DNA of 64,000 nt from Bacteroidota bacterium. Its GTDB lineage: Bacteria; Bacteroidota; Bacteroidia; Chitinophagales; Chitinophagaceae. Position 1 is the first letter of the stretch; each line of letters begins with the position of its first letter. Made by a program: the position numbers and the translations under genes. Positions 37,042 to 47,111 of the stretch are shown piece after piece. The notes below the pieces were generated by a model, which searched no databases, was not told where the DNA came from, and saw nothing but the letters and a program-made list of their open reading frames with translations. The stretch is taken from positions 3,746 through 67,745 of the forward strand of contig VGFQ01000013.1 of NCBI GenBank assembly GCA_016868815.1, read 5' to 3'.

Positions 37042-38949
37042 ATGAACATGGTGGATTCATTCGAGAAGATCCCTGTCCAGATCTTCGACAACGACAAGCA
37101 GGCCTCCGCTTCAGTGGCGCAAGTAGTGGCCGCGCTGATCCGCGAGAAGGCGGCATCGGGGCAGCATTGTGTGCTGGGGATGGCCACCGGCTCGAGCCCG
37201 AAATCACTATATGCCGAGCTCGTCCGGTTGCACCAATATGAAGGGCTAAGCTTCCGCAACGTCATCACCTTTAACCTCGACGAATACTATCCGATGGAGC
37301 CGGAAGCCCTGCAGAGCTACCATCGCTTCATGAAGGTCAACCTCTTCGACCACATCGACATCGACCTGGCAAATGTGCATATCCCGGACGGTACCATCCA
37401 GAAGGAGGATATCCGGGAATACGGCGCCACATACGATCGGATGATCGAAGAGGCCGGTGGCATAGACCTCCAAATTCTCGGCATCGGCCTCAACGGACAC
37501 ATCGGCTTTAACGAGCCCGGCTCCAGCCGATACTCAACCACCCGGCTGGTGGCGCTCGACAACTCGACACGCCTGGCCAATGAATATGAATTCCCAAACA
37601 TCAGCAAAGTGCCCCGCCTGGCCATCACCATGGGGATCCGGAGCATCCTCAGCGCGCGCAAGATCGTGTTGATGGCATGGGGAAACCATAAGTCGACGAT
37701 CATCCGAAAAGTACTGGAGGGGAATGTGACGGATCAGGTGCCCGCTTCGTTCTTGCAAGAACATGGCGACTGCACCTTCGTACTCGACGCAGGCGCGTCA
37801 CAGGAGCTCACCCGCATCAAGCAGCCCTGGCTGACAGGCGTGATCGAATGGGATGAGAAGACGATCCGCAAGGCTGTCTGCAACATGGCGCTCTCCCTGG
37901 GTAAGTCGGTGCTGATGCTCACCAATGAAGATTACAACAACAACGGCCTGAGCGACCTGCTGGTGATGCTTGGCCATTCATACGACATCAACATCCGCGT
38001 CTTCAACGGTGTGCGCGACACCATCACGGGCTGGCCAGGTGGCAAATACCAGGAGGAGCTGCCGCGGCATCCGGAGCGACGTTTGCCGGAGCGCAAGCGT
38101 GTCATCCTCTTCTCCCCACATCCGGATGATGACATCATCTCGATGGGAGGTACTTTCATCCGTCTGCACGAGCAGGGGCATGAAGTGCATGTGGGCTACC
38201 AGACGTCCGGCAATATCGCTGTGAGCGACGAGTTCGTCATGCGGCAAATCGACTTCGGTGTAGAGTTCGACACCAACTTCGGGATCGACCAGAGCCGCGC
38301 CAACCGCATCTGGAAAGATGCTAGTTCGTTTCTAAAGACGAAGCAGTCACATCAGAAAGACACGGACGACATCCGATCTATCAAAGGCATGATTCGCCGC
38401 ACCGAGGCAAGGGCTACCTGTCGCTATGTTGGACTATCAGACGAGCAGATACACTTCATGAACCTGCCATTCTACGAGACGGGCCTGATTGAGAAGTACC
38501 CGCCTTGCGAAGTGGATGTAGAGATTCATATGGATCTAATCCGAAAGGTCCGGCCGCACCAGATTTTTGCGGCGGGTGACTTCGCCGATCCGCACGGCAC
38601 CCATAAGGTCTGCTTCGACCTCATCATGGAAGCCCTGCGCCGGCTGAAGGAGGCAGGAGACCCGTCGGTGGCCGACTGCTGGCTATGGCTCTACCGGGGT
38701 GCCTGGGCAGAGTGGGACTTGTGGGAGATCGACATGGCCATCCCTATGAGTCCAAACCAGGTGGCGCAGAAGCGGCATGGCATCTTCATCCATCAGTCGC
38801 AGAAGGATGGCGTCGTCTTCCAAGGCAGCGACGACCGAGAGTTCTGGGAGCGGGCGGAGGCCCGAAATGCCAGAACGGCGGAACTGTATGACCAGCTGGG
38901 GCTGCCCAAGTACGCCGCCATGGAAGCCTTTGTACGGTGGAGCTACTAA
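37042..38949 (+). CDS. nagB: Glucosamine-6-phosphate deaminase, long form fused to a PIG-L-like domain
   Basis: GMATGSSP, FNLDEYYP, GIGLNGHIGFNEPG and C-terminal FSPHPDDDIISMGG. Confidence 0.93.
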   Translation: MNMVDSFEKIPVQIFDNDKQASASVAQVVAALIREKAASGQHCVLGMATGSSPKSLYAELVRLHQYEGLSFRNVITFNLDEYYPMEPEALQSYHRFMKVNLFDHIDIDLANVHIPDGTIQKEDIREYGATYDRMIEEAGGIDLQILGIGLNGHIGFNEPGSSRYSTTRLVALDNSTRLANEYEFPNISKVPRLAITMGIRSILSARKIVLMAWGNHKSTIIRKVLEGNVTDQVPASFLQEHGDCTFVLDAGASQELTRIKQPWLTGVIEWDEKTIRKAVCNMALSLGKSVLMLTNEDYNNNGLSDLLVMLGHSYDINIRVFNGVRDTITGWPGGKYQEELPRHPERRLPERKRVILFSPHPDDDIISMGGTFIRLHEQGHEVHVGYQTSGNIAVSDEFVMRQIDFGVEFDTNFGIDQSRANRIWKDASSFLKTKQSHQKDTDDIRSIKGMIRRTEARATCRYVGLSDEQIHFMNLPFYETGLIEKYPPCEVDVEIHMDLIRKVRPHQIFAAGDFADPHGTHKVCFDLIMEALRRLKEAGDPSVADCWLWLYRGAWAEWDLWEIDMAIPMSPNQVAQKRHGIFIHQSQKDGVVFQGSDDREFWERAEARNARTAELYDQLGLPKYAAMEAFVRWSY

Positions 38950-39011
38950 GGCGGGATGGTGGTTTGGAGCGAACTGGATATTTCGCTAATTTTACTTTTC
39001 CATCAAGTGTA

Positions 39012-39085
39012 GGCCCCGTAGCTCAATTGAATAGAGCATCTGACTACGGATCAGAAGGTTTCAGGTTTGAATCCTGACGGGGTCA
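39012..39085 (+). tRNA. tRNA-Arg(ACG)
   Basis: Acceptor stem GGCCCCG/CGGGGTC, anticodon arm TCTGA-CTACGGA-TCAGA and T-arm CAGG-TTTGAAT-CCTG. CCA is not encoded. Confidence 0.96.
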
Positions 39086-39089
39086 CTGG

Positions 39090-39128
39090 ATCAAAAAGGG
39101 GTCACGCAGCGCGTAACCCCTTTTTGAT
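39090..39128. terminator. Bidirectional intrinsic terminator after the tRNA
   Basis: 13-bp inverted repeat ATCAAAAAGGGGT...ACCCCTTTTTGAT. Confidence 0.85.
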
Positions 39129-39178
39129 AGAATTTCCCTGCAAATAATAGTTTACAAGCCTCAACCCTGCGATGCCGA

Positions 39179-40066
39179 TCATACATACATGGTACTCAAC
39201 ACAGGCTGAGGCGACCAGCCCAGCTCTCTTCGGGCTTTTGCATCTGAGAAGGTAAGATGCCGGCGTAGCTTTTCGAGGCGGTAGGTATTGATGGGGAACC
39301 CTGGGAGCCGATCGCCCAGCCAGGCGAGGCCGTCAGCCAAGCTATTGGGGATGGAATGAACATTTCTGCCGAGCTGCGCTGCCAGCAGACTGTCAAGCTC
39401 AGCTAGGCTGGGATGATGGCCGTCGGTAAGATTGTACGTTCCAGCCTTGCCGTGGAGGGATGGTATAAACCGGGCAAGATCCGTAGCGTTGACCATCGAT
39501 TTCCGACCGGATCCCTCTCCGATGCGGAAATAATAGCCACGGCGGAGGGCTTGGACCATAGCCCCCAGGTTGCCCGGGGCACCCTTGCCTGCGATGAGCG
39601 GTATGCGCAGCATCAGCACCTGCACACCCCAGGCTGCACCCCATTGCTTCAGGAGCTGCTCCGCCGCTATCTTGGAGTCGGCGTAGGATGAGCCCCCAAG
39701 GATCGGGCTGTCCTCCGAAATATCTGTACCGCTCTCGAGGCCATAGACAGCTACTGTGCTGAAATAGATCAGGGTATTGGGCCGTACGGCGTGCTTGTCC
39801 AACCCTTCCAGCAGATGCCGAGTGCCTTGGACGTTGACATCAAAGAAGGCCTTTGATTCCTTGTCGGTCTTCGGAACCACGTGGGCCTTGCCCGCAGCAT
39901 GTACAACCATGTCAACAACCGGCAGGGATGGGATAGTAGAAGAAAGATCCGTACAAATATGATTCCCTGGGGCCCTACCGACTGTCACCACTTCATGCGA
40001 CAGACTGAGCTCCTGATAGAGAAAATGCCCCAGGAATCCGCTAGCCCCTGTGAGCAGGATGCGCAT
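39179..40066 (-). CDS. NAD-dependent epimerase/dehydratase
   Basis: MRILLTGASGFLG, HAAGKAH, STVAVYG and YADSK (YxxxK). Confidence 0.9.
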   Translation of the reverse strand: MRILLTGASGFLGHFLYQELSLSHEVVTVGRAPGNHICTDLSSTIPSLPVVDMVVHAAGKAHVVPKTDKESKAFFDVNVQGTRHLLEGLDKHAVRPNTLIYFSTVAVYGLESGTDISEDSPILGGSSYADSKIAAEQLLKQWGAAWGVQVLMLRIPLIAGKGAPGNLGAMVQALRRGYYFRIGEGSGRKSMVNATDLARFIPSLHGKAGTYNLTDGHHPSLAELDSLLAAQLGRNVHSIPNSLADGLAWLGDRLPGFPINTYRLEKLRRHLTFSDAKARRELGWSPQPVLSTMYV

Positions 40067-41243
40067 GGTGGTTATTTTTGGAGAGCCGAGCATTCAGCCA
40101 TGCCCGTACCTTGTCAGGCCAGTGCTTGTCCATACAAGGCTTTTCTATTAGCATGTAAAAAATGGAGGCCCCAATCAGCATGACAGGCAAGAGCAGTAGG
40201 CTCTGCAGCAAGAGTCCCAGATGGTAAGGCAACGTCTGGGTCCATTCAGCGGTCAGGGGGATCACAACGATAAAAAAAGCATAATGAAGCAGGTAGATCG
40301 AATAGCACATACCACCTATGGTATACACTGGCTGCCAAGTGAAGAAAGTATTGAAAAGATGACCCTTGAATACGGCAATGAAGAATAAGAAGATGGAAAG
40401 GTTGAAGTACGCATTGTATTCGGGATGGAATTGAGGCTTGTAAAAACGAAACATCAGCCACCAGGAAAAAATTCCCATGAGGTCGAAAGCCAGATGCCTG
40501 GAAGAAAAAAACCTAGGGTAAGAGAGAAATAGCCAGGCAAAGGCCGTTCCTATCAGGAAGTTGCTGAGATAGACGGGCACGCTGTGCGCCAGATGGGCTA
40601 ACTGACTGAGATGGACAAACCGCCTGAAATAAATAGACCCCACCATGAGCACCAGCATTAGCATCAAACTCATCCACCGCTTTGTTTGCATAAAGAGCAC
40701 CCAGAATAGTAAAGGGACGATAATGTAAAATTGAGCTTCCGTCTCCAGACTCCAGGTCACTGGATTGATCGGATTGGAAATGCCGAAGGCAAGAACGTGG
40801 CTATAAAAAATACCCGCCAGCAGGCTGAGCCAAGGCTGCTCAAGGTCAGGCATGGAAGAAATCATCCGAAGAAAGAATAAAAGAGTAAGGCTGATCAGAA
40901 ATGGAGGCTCTAACCGCTTGAGACGCCTGAGAAAATAATCTCCTACATCGACCCGCTTGTGCCCGAGCAGATAGTGCTTCAAAAAAGGCAGCGACAGGAT
41001 AAAGCCACTGATGGCAAAAAAAACCTTAACACCCAAATCGAATCTACGAAAATACCATGAAAGTTCAGGGATGGAGACATCCATCATCGTCAAACCCTGA
41101 CCCACCGGCGGGAACGTACGACCATAGGTAGTATTCAGGTGAAACAATACCACCGTCATGATAGCGAAGAACCGGAGACCATCGATCTCTGGAATGAAGA
41201 CCCCCTGGTTGGTCGACCGCCGCAGGTGGCTGAGCATTTTCAT
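40041..41243 (-). CDS. Acyltransferase family 3 (OafA-like O-acyltransferase)
   Basis: IDGLRFFAI..V..FH, GVKVFFAISGF, RRLKRL, TWSLETEAQFY, GGMCYSIYLLH and about 10 TM segments. Confidence 0.9.
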   Translation of the reverse strand: MKMLSHLRRSTNQGVFIPEIDGLRFFAIMTVVLFHLNTTYGRTFPPVGQGLTMMDVSIPELSWYFRRFDLGVKVFFAISGFILSLPFLKHYLLGHKRVDVGDYFLRRLKRLEPPFLISLTLLFFLRMISSMPDLEQPWLSLLAGIFYSHVLAFGISNPINPVTWSLETEAQFYIIVPLLFWVLFMQTKRWMSLMLMLVLMVGSIYFRRFVHLSQLAHLAHSVPVYLSNFLIGTAFAWLFLSYPRFFSSRHLAFDLMGIFSWWLMFRFYKPQFHPEYNAYFNLSIFLFFIAVFKGHLFNTFFTWQPVYTIGGMCYSIYLLHYAFFIVVIPLTAEWTQTLPYHLGLLLQSLLLLPVMLIGASIFYMLIEKPCMDKHWPDKVRAWLNARLSKNNHHAHPAHRG

Positions 41244-41259
41244 CTACAAATCCTTTTAT

Positions 41260-41470
41260 TCATCCTACAGCCATGTGATACGCACAAGCCACAGACTGGT
41301 GAGTGCCTGCCCAAAGAGCGCTGATCCCTTCGTTGATCTCCAAAGTAACCAACAGCACCAGGAAACAGATGGTCTGTACCAGCCCATACAGCAGGAAGCC
41401 GCTGAAATCCATTTCAGCCCATAAAAAAAGTACTTTCTGCGGGTAATTCCTAGATATCTTCTTACACAAA
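41260..41470 (-). other. Possible remnant of a membrane protein C-terminus
   Basis: A hydrophobic stretch (FLWAEMDFSGFLLYGLVQTICFLVLLVTLEI) without a convincing start lies just upstream of the acyltransferase. Family unclear. Confidence 0.25.
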
Positions 41471-41651
41471 TCGCAGGATATAGCCCTTCTAAACGTCCGG
41501 AGACCCCTCCGCACAAAAAAACGAAAAGAGGAATGGATTCCGGCAACCCCTTTTATTTGTTCAAGGATGTTTCTATTTTTCGGTCTAACGCAGGGCGGCA
41601 GGCCCATGGGAGATCATAGGCAGCCTCCATACGGGTTGCCAGACGAACGGC

Positions 41652-42485
41652 ATGCACATAACAACAGATATGGAAAAAGACCCCAAGAAGCTGATTTCTT
41701 CCCGATTCAACCGGATCATCCGGGAAAAAAAGCTCTATGACCTGCTGCGATATAGTTTATCCCATTTTGTCCTTGATAAATTCCTGGACATAGGATCAGC
41801 ATTCAAACAGCTGCAATTTTTTAAAAAATACAAGGTATTCCTGTTTATCATGTCCTGTGAAAAGCAGCGGCAAAGGACGGAATACCTCTTTGACTATTAC
41901 AAGAACCAGGGCATCGACTTCGTCTTCTATTCTGACTACAACGATCTGCAGAAGCATGTACTAAAGACCTCCCATTTCAAAAGATATACCAGCAATGAGA
42001 TCAAGCATGTCAACTCGCTGAACTTCGTCGCCAACAACCTTGATCTGTTCGACGCGTGGGACTATATCTTTTTCATCGACGATGATACGTTCGTCAACCT
42101 GCCTGCCCTCTTTCAATTCATCCAGGATCCCAAGCACAACCCCAACGTCGTCTATGGCCAGCAAATAGACCGGGAAAGAGACCCAACCAACCCGATCTTC
42201 AAGATCTACCCGAAACTGGCTTTTCTGAGCGGCGGCGCAGGAAACCTCTTCCCGAAACGCATCTTCAAAATCAAAAAAAGGTTCAAGAACTTCACCCTTG
42301 GTTTCGCCGACGTCACACTGGGCCTAAACCTTAACCCATCTCTCATTGCCCATTCCCCCCTCTTCAAAAACGACACCCGACAGCGGTTTGGCATCGAAGA
42401 CAGCGAAATGCCGAAATACGTTAGCTTTCACTATGTCAAGACAAAAGAGCAGTTCGATGCATATCGTACCGCCTGCCAGGCTTAA
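41652..42485 (+). CDS. Fringe-like / GT31-type glycosyltransferase
   Basis: WDYIFFIDDDTFVNLPAL (DDD-T-F/Y-V motif), FLSGGAG, DVTLG and a C-terminal VSFH, all matching the Fringe/C1GalT pattern. AT-rich codon usage. Confidence 0.75.
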   Translation: MHITTDMEKDPKKLISSRFNRIIREKKLYDLLRYSLSHFVLDKFLDIGSAFKQLQFFKKYKVFLFIMSCEKQRQRTEYLFDYYKNQGIDFVFYSDYNDLQKHVLKTSHFKRYTSNEIKHVNSLNFVANNLDLFDAWDYIFFIDDDTFVNLPALFQFIQDPKHNPNVVYGQQIDRERDPTNPIFKIYPKLAFLSGGAGNLFPKRIFKIKKRFKNFTLGFADVTLGLNLNPSLIAHSPLFKNDTRQRFGIEDSEMPKYVSFHYVKTKEQFDAYRTACQA

Positions 42486-42699
42486 GTTTTCCATCCCCGC
42501 AGATAATCCTCCGCATGCAAAAAAGCATGCGCAGCATGCATAAAGATTCAATATATAAAGTCGGCGATCTTTGGTTGGCAATGAATGCAACAATTGCAAG
42601 CCACCCGTTCCGGCGTTGGGGGTAATTTTATAGCTGGATACTGGAAATAAATGATAGTTTTGAGGACAGGGCATAGGAACACCCCTACAATTCTGCACC

Positions 42700-44793
42700 A
42701 TGCATTCTTTCGCAGATAAAAATAAGGAAAAGGTGGCCCAAAGGGTTCCCAACCGATCCACAAAGAAAGCCGCAGCCTCCGTTAATCAAAGAGAAGAGTC
42801 GCAGCACATCCGCACGGCATCCGCTTCTGCCAACAAAGGGTCCAACAACGTTCAGCTGAAAGCACTGCTCGAGAAAGCCAATGGATCGACTGCCGTCCAG
42901 CAACTGGCATCGATGCAAGAGCAGGCCGATGCCAAAGGCAATAAAATCGCCCCTCAAGACCTCCTGCAAGGGAAGTTCACCCATGCCGTCACACAAAAGA
43001 AAGCCAAGCCCTCGGGCAGCAGTGCGACGAAAACGGCCTTACCCAGTCAGCTGAAATCTGGGGTAGAGCAGCTCTCCGGCCAGTCGATGGACGACGTACA
43101 GGTGACCTACAACAGCGACCAGCCAGCCCAGCTTTCGGCCCATGCCTTTGCACAGGGGACAGACATTCATATAGCCCCCAAACAGGAGAAGCACCTGCCC
43201 CATGAAGCCTGGCACGTGGCGCAGCAGAAACAGGGAAGGGTAAAAGCAACCACCCAGATGAAAGGCAAGGTCCCGGTCAATGATGATGGCTCACTGGAGC
43301 GGGAAGCTGACGTGATGGGCGCCAAGGCATTGCGACTGGGAACTGCCATTCAAAAGACCCTACAGACAAAAGCCATCAGCAGCCAAGGCGTTGTACAAAA
43401 GGTGGGCATTTTTGACAAGCTCTTTGGCAAGAAGAAAGAAGAAGATGCGAGCCAGCCTTCGGTGGGGACCGAGGCCGCAACCCCTGCCACAGAAGCGCCT
43501 ACCACCTCAGAACCTACCCCGGAGCCCAGCCTACAAGAAAAAATACAGCAGAACCGGGGATTGATAGAAATGGCAAAGCATGCGCAAGACATCCTGGGAA
43601 ATGCACCCCTTTGGGCCGATATATCGAAAAAGCCCTCCAACACCGAAGAGACCATCTTGTCCGCAGGTTCCGTGACTGGCGCGGCCACTTCCGCCATTGG
43701 CTCCGCCATCAGTGATGAGGCGGTCGGGGGAATCGTCTCCTCAGTAGGCGCTGAAATCAGCATGCTGTTCTCATCGGTCAAGATGGCCAATAAAATATAC
43801 GCTGCATCGAAAGAAAAAAATATCATAGCGGGTACAGAAGCAGCACGGGAACTGTTAAGCACCCTGAAGTCTGGCTTCACGTTTGCGCAGGAAGTCCTTA
43901 AAAACGTCAACGCGGCGGTGCCAACCGCCTTAGCAGCAGCGATCCCAGGCCTGGGCATCGCCATATCTGCGGCCAACATCGTGGTCAATGCGTATAATGG
44001 ACTGAAAGCCAAGTCGGCAGAAGCAGAGATGCTAACTGTAAGCAATGCGTATCGGCAAGACCTGGCCAAGTTGCTGGGACGCCCACCCGAAGCCAACAAG
44101 ATGTTGATGCGGCCAGAGAAGCGAGGTAAACTGGGTCAGCGACAGGAATACCTTCGCCTGACGCCAGACGCGAAAGTGGTCATCAATAACATTAAGAAGT
44201 CTACAGACCCAGAAGGGGAGTTCAACAAAAGAAAAGCCTTCTACTCGATTCCTCCGAAGGTCACATTTGCTGAATTCTGCGATGCGGTAGAGAAATACGA
44301 GCTGGGCAGTAAGATACAAGAGATCAACCAGAAGCGTAAAGTCTACTCCGGCAGAGAGATAATCAAAGACCTAGTCTCCATCGCCGGGGACATCGCAGCT
44401 TTCTTCCCAGCAGATGGAGGAATCACCGCAGCCGTACTCAAAGGAGTATCCGGTGCCGCGTCAGCTGCAATGGCAGGTGGCAAGGCCATACAAGGAATGG
44501 CACGCGACAAAGGCATGCTAGGAGCAGACGCCACCCGCTCGTCAACGGTAAAGCATGCAGAATATGTAAATCATGCCAAGACAATCTACACTTTGCTGGC
44601 AGGCGCAGGCCTGAAGGACAAAGAGGATGACGCCATCACATCCACAGACATCGCCAAAGCCAAATCTGCAGAGCGCCTTTTGGAAGCAACTGGCGCAGCA
44701 CCCGACATCGTTTACCGTACAAACTATAAGAACCCAGCCTCCTTGATGGAACAAGTAACTACGATTGTCGAAGCCATGAAAAAAGGCAGGTAA
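42700..44793 (+). CDS. DUF4157 (eCIS core) domain protein with a large hydrophobic helical C-terminal domain
   Basis: LPSQLKSGVEQLSG.SMDDVQVTYNS..PAQL.AHAFAQG.DIH.AP.QE.HLPHEAWHV.QQ.QGRV and LEREAD.MG, followed by VVQK and Gly/Ala-rich hydrophobic helices. Confidence 0.88.
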   Translation: MHSFADKNKEKVAQRVPNRSTKKAAASVNQREESQHIRTASASANKGSNNVQLKALLEKANGSTAVQQLASMQEQADAKGNKIAPQDLLQGKFTHAVTQKKAKPSGSSATKTALPSQLKSGVEQLSGQSMDDVQVTYNSDQPAQLSAHAFAQGTDIHIAPKQEKHLPHEAWHVAQQKQGRVKATTQMKGKVPVNDDGSLEREADVMGAKALRLGTAIQKTLQTKAISSQGVVQKVGIFDKLFGKKKEEDASQPSVGTEAATPATEAPTTSEPTPEPSLQEKIQQNRGLIEMAKHAQDILGNAPLWADISKKPSNTEETILSAGSVTGAATSAIGSAISDEAVGGIVSSVGAEISMLFSSVKMANKIYAASKEKNIIAGTEAARELLSTLKSGFTFAQEVLKNVNAAVPTALAAAIPGLGIAISAANIVVNAYNGLKAKSAEAEMLTVSNAYRQDLAKLLGRPPEANKMLMRPEKRGKLGQRQEYLRLTPDAKVVINNIKKSTDPEGEFNKRKAFYSIPPKVTFAEFCDAVEKYELGSKIQEINQKRKVYSGREIIKDLVSIAGDIAAFFPADGGITAAVLKGVSGAASAAMAGGKAIQGMARDKGMLGADATRSSTVKHAEYVNHAKTIYTLLAGAGLKDKEDDAITSTDIAKAKSAERLLEATGAAPDIVYRTNYKNPASLMEQVTTIVEAMKKGR

Positions 44794-44796
44794 GCC

Positions 44797-45300
44797 ATGA
44801 ACCAGGCATACATACAGGCAAAGGAATGGGCAGAACTGGAACAAATGAAATCGTTCCTCGACAAGATGGGGCTGCCATCCCTGGCAACCCCTCAGTCGGA
44901 CCATAACCCCGTCAACCTCCTCAGCATCCAGCTCTCCGGGCAGCTGCACTTACATGTCATCTTCATCCCCCTGCCGGCAGAGACCTTCAGCGAGGTCAGC
45001 CTACTTCAGTTCTATGCGCTGGTCAAAGAAGGGATCGATGCCGAAGACATCGCCACCCTCCGACTGCTGAATCGCATCAATGAGAAACTGCCACTGGGAG
45101 CCTTCCTCGTAAATGCCGACCAAGAGCTGGTGTACAAATATGTACTGGCGAAAGATAAGACCAGCATGCTCAGCGAAACATTCTTCATAGAACTCCTCAC
45201 CTCCCTGGTACCGCCCTTGGAGGGACAGCTGGCCCTGTTGGGAAGCTACCTCAGCGGTCAGACACCCCTGTCAGCGGCCCTGGAGTCCCTGGAATCCTGA
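44797..45300 (+). CDS. Acidic 167-aa protein resembling the YbjN / type III class I chaperone (CesT) fold
   Basis: LRLLNRINEKLPLGAFLVNADQELVYKYVL matches the N-x-x-N...G-x-F strand pattern of YbjN/CesT-like proteins. It starts 3 nt after the DUF4157 gene. Confidence 0.55.
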   Translation: MNQAYIQAKEWAELEQMKSFLDKMGLPSLATPQSDHNPVNLLSIQLSGQLHLHVIFIPLPAETFSEVSLLQFYALVKEGIDAEDIATLRLLNRINEKLPLGAFLVNADQELVYKYVLAKDKTSMLSETFFIELLTSLVPPLEGQLALLGSYLSGQTPLSAALESLES

Positions 45301-45450
45301 GCCACCAGGGCAAGTACTCCCACCGCCAAGCCCCATACGGGTGGCCCCACGTTCGATGGCATGGCAGGCATGGAGCCTACACCCCTGCGCCCCTGCCCCA
45401 CCCGCTTAGCATGCACTCGCCTGGTTAGCCGGAAAAAACCGATCATTGCC

Positions 45451-46191
45451 ATGGTGAAGACCATTAAACGATGGATATATAAACTGCTGGGACAGGATAG
45501 ATACCTGCAACTGCTGGGCACGTTGTTCCCCCTGAGCTATCGGATGGGACTTTTAGCAAAGGACCCCATCTACGACTTCCATTATTATGTCAGGCATTTG
45601 ATTCGTCCCGGCTTCACCGTCGTCGACATCGGCGCCAACATGGGATATTACACACAGATCTTCGCAGAGCTAACAGGCCCCAACGGAAAGGTCATTGCAT
45701 TTGAGCCGGTACCTCCTTTTTTCAAAGCCATGAAGCGGGTGGCAGACAAATACCCCCATTGCATTGCCCATCCCTACGCCTTGGGCGAAGAAGAGAAGGC
45801 CATCACCCTCAGTGTCCCGAACGATCACGGATACCTGCGTACGGGACTGGCCAGCATAGAGGGAGGAGGACAGGAAGGCGGAGATTTTTTTCATTTTCCG
45901 GCAGAGATGTCCAAAGGCTCCACCTTGCTGGCCGGTGAGCAGCGGATCGACTACATAAAATGCGACATCGAAGGATATGAGACCGTCGTGATTCCCGAAC
46001 TCCAAGAAATCATAAAGAAGCATCGACCCATGATACAAATCGAGACATATGGAGCACAGCAAGACTTCATCCTGCCCCTTCTGAAATCATGGGGCTACAG
46101 CCAGTTTTCACTGCATCAGCATGCACTCATTAAAGATCTGCCGCTCGATAAGCATTTCGGAGACTTTCTCTTCATCTTCGAATCATCATAG
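45451..46191 (+). CDS. FkbM family SAM-dependent methyltransferase
   Basis: VVDIGANMGYY, AFEP and IKCDIEGYE. Confidence 0.9.
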   Translation: MVKTIKRWIYKLLGQDRYLQLLGTLFPLSYRMGLLAKDPIYDFHYYVRHLIRPGFTVVDIGANMGYYTQIFAELTGPNGKVIAFEPVPPFFKAMKRVADKYPHCIAHPYALGEEEKAITLSVPNDHGYLRTGLASIEGGGQEGGDFFHFPAEMSKGSTLLAGEQRIDYIKCDIEGYETVVIPELQEIIKKHRPMIQIETYGAQQDFILPLLKSWGYSQFSLHQHALIKDLPLDKHFGDFLFIFESS

Positions 46192-46299
46192 CCCTCACAT
46201 AAGAAGGCCAGGCAGCAAAATGTCCTCCACGAATAGCCCAATACTCCGCTAAAGACAAATACGTAATCCAACAATAGATCAGCTCGTCCATCAACTGCA

Positions 46300-47111
46300 T
46301 CTAGCGCGTCATATCATGAATGCAAGGGCAAAGATGAATTTGAAAATACCATCAATGATCTATTGTCCTGCTGTATTCTTTCCACCCTTATCTTCAGTTT
46401 TACAACATGAAAATTGCAGGCCGACAGTTCGGCTGCTGGATGGTTGGTTTTATCTCTCTACAGCAAGCGGAAGCTTAGACCGGAGCATCCTTTATGACAT
46501 CACCAGAGCAAGAGATGGCACGCATCCTGCTGGCTGATACGGTATCACACACTGTTTGTTACTGACGGGTTGGATATGGTTCGGACTGCTCGCCAAAGGA
46601 AGGGGAAGCCGGGGGTGGTGAAAGCCAGGCCACGCAACTATGTCTTGCGGCATGGTACGCATGAAGTATATCTGCTGAGCATACACGATGAAAAGTCCTT
46701 GCTCACACGGTTAAACTCAAGCCTTCATGTAGGTGACAATTTCCACATGATGGCCTTTCAGCGAAACGACATCCTCTATCCATATGGAGGGTGTAGCTTT
46801 TGGAATTCGCGCGATTTTTCATACACCACCGGCCCACAAGAGGTGACTGGGAGTTCTTGACAGGTGTCACTGGTCTACTGAATGAGCTCAACTGCCATTT
46901 CTATGATGCGGCGGCAAGTGTGTCCTATATGATGGGCAGTCTCTCATCTTCGCATCATCTCTATGCACGGAAGATTCTGCTCGATACGGTGGACAGGTAT
47001 GACTTCCATCAACGGAGTTGGGCATCGCTCGGTCGCACCAGTAGGGCATACAAAGAATGTAAGGCATGCTAGGGACAGGCCAGTCCTCGCTCTTTTGATA
47101 TTTGTTTTCAT
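46300..47111 (-). pseudogene. Probable decayed gene for a secreted protein
   Basis: ATG 47111 begins MKTNIKRARTGLSLACLTFFVC. Removing one C of a CCC run restores ...CLLVRPSDA|QLR*WKSYL, a signal peptide with Q at +1. Stops are frequent in all frames downstream. Confidence 0.4.

Noticed and set aside
39079-39105. GGGGTCAC direct repeat as an attL/attR pair of an active element
   Set aside because: It is only 8 bp, the copies are 19 nt apart, it forms part of the terminator stem, and no integrase or distal copy was found.
40041-40066. 26-nt overlap of the acyltransferase 3' end with the epimerase start as a programmed recoding site
   Set aside because: This is an ordinary operon overlap; no slippery sequence or fused-domain logic is evident.
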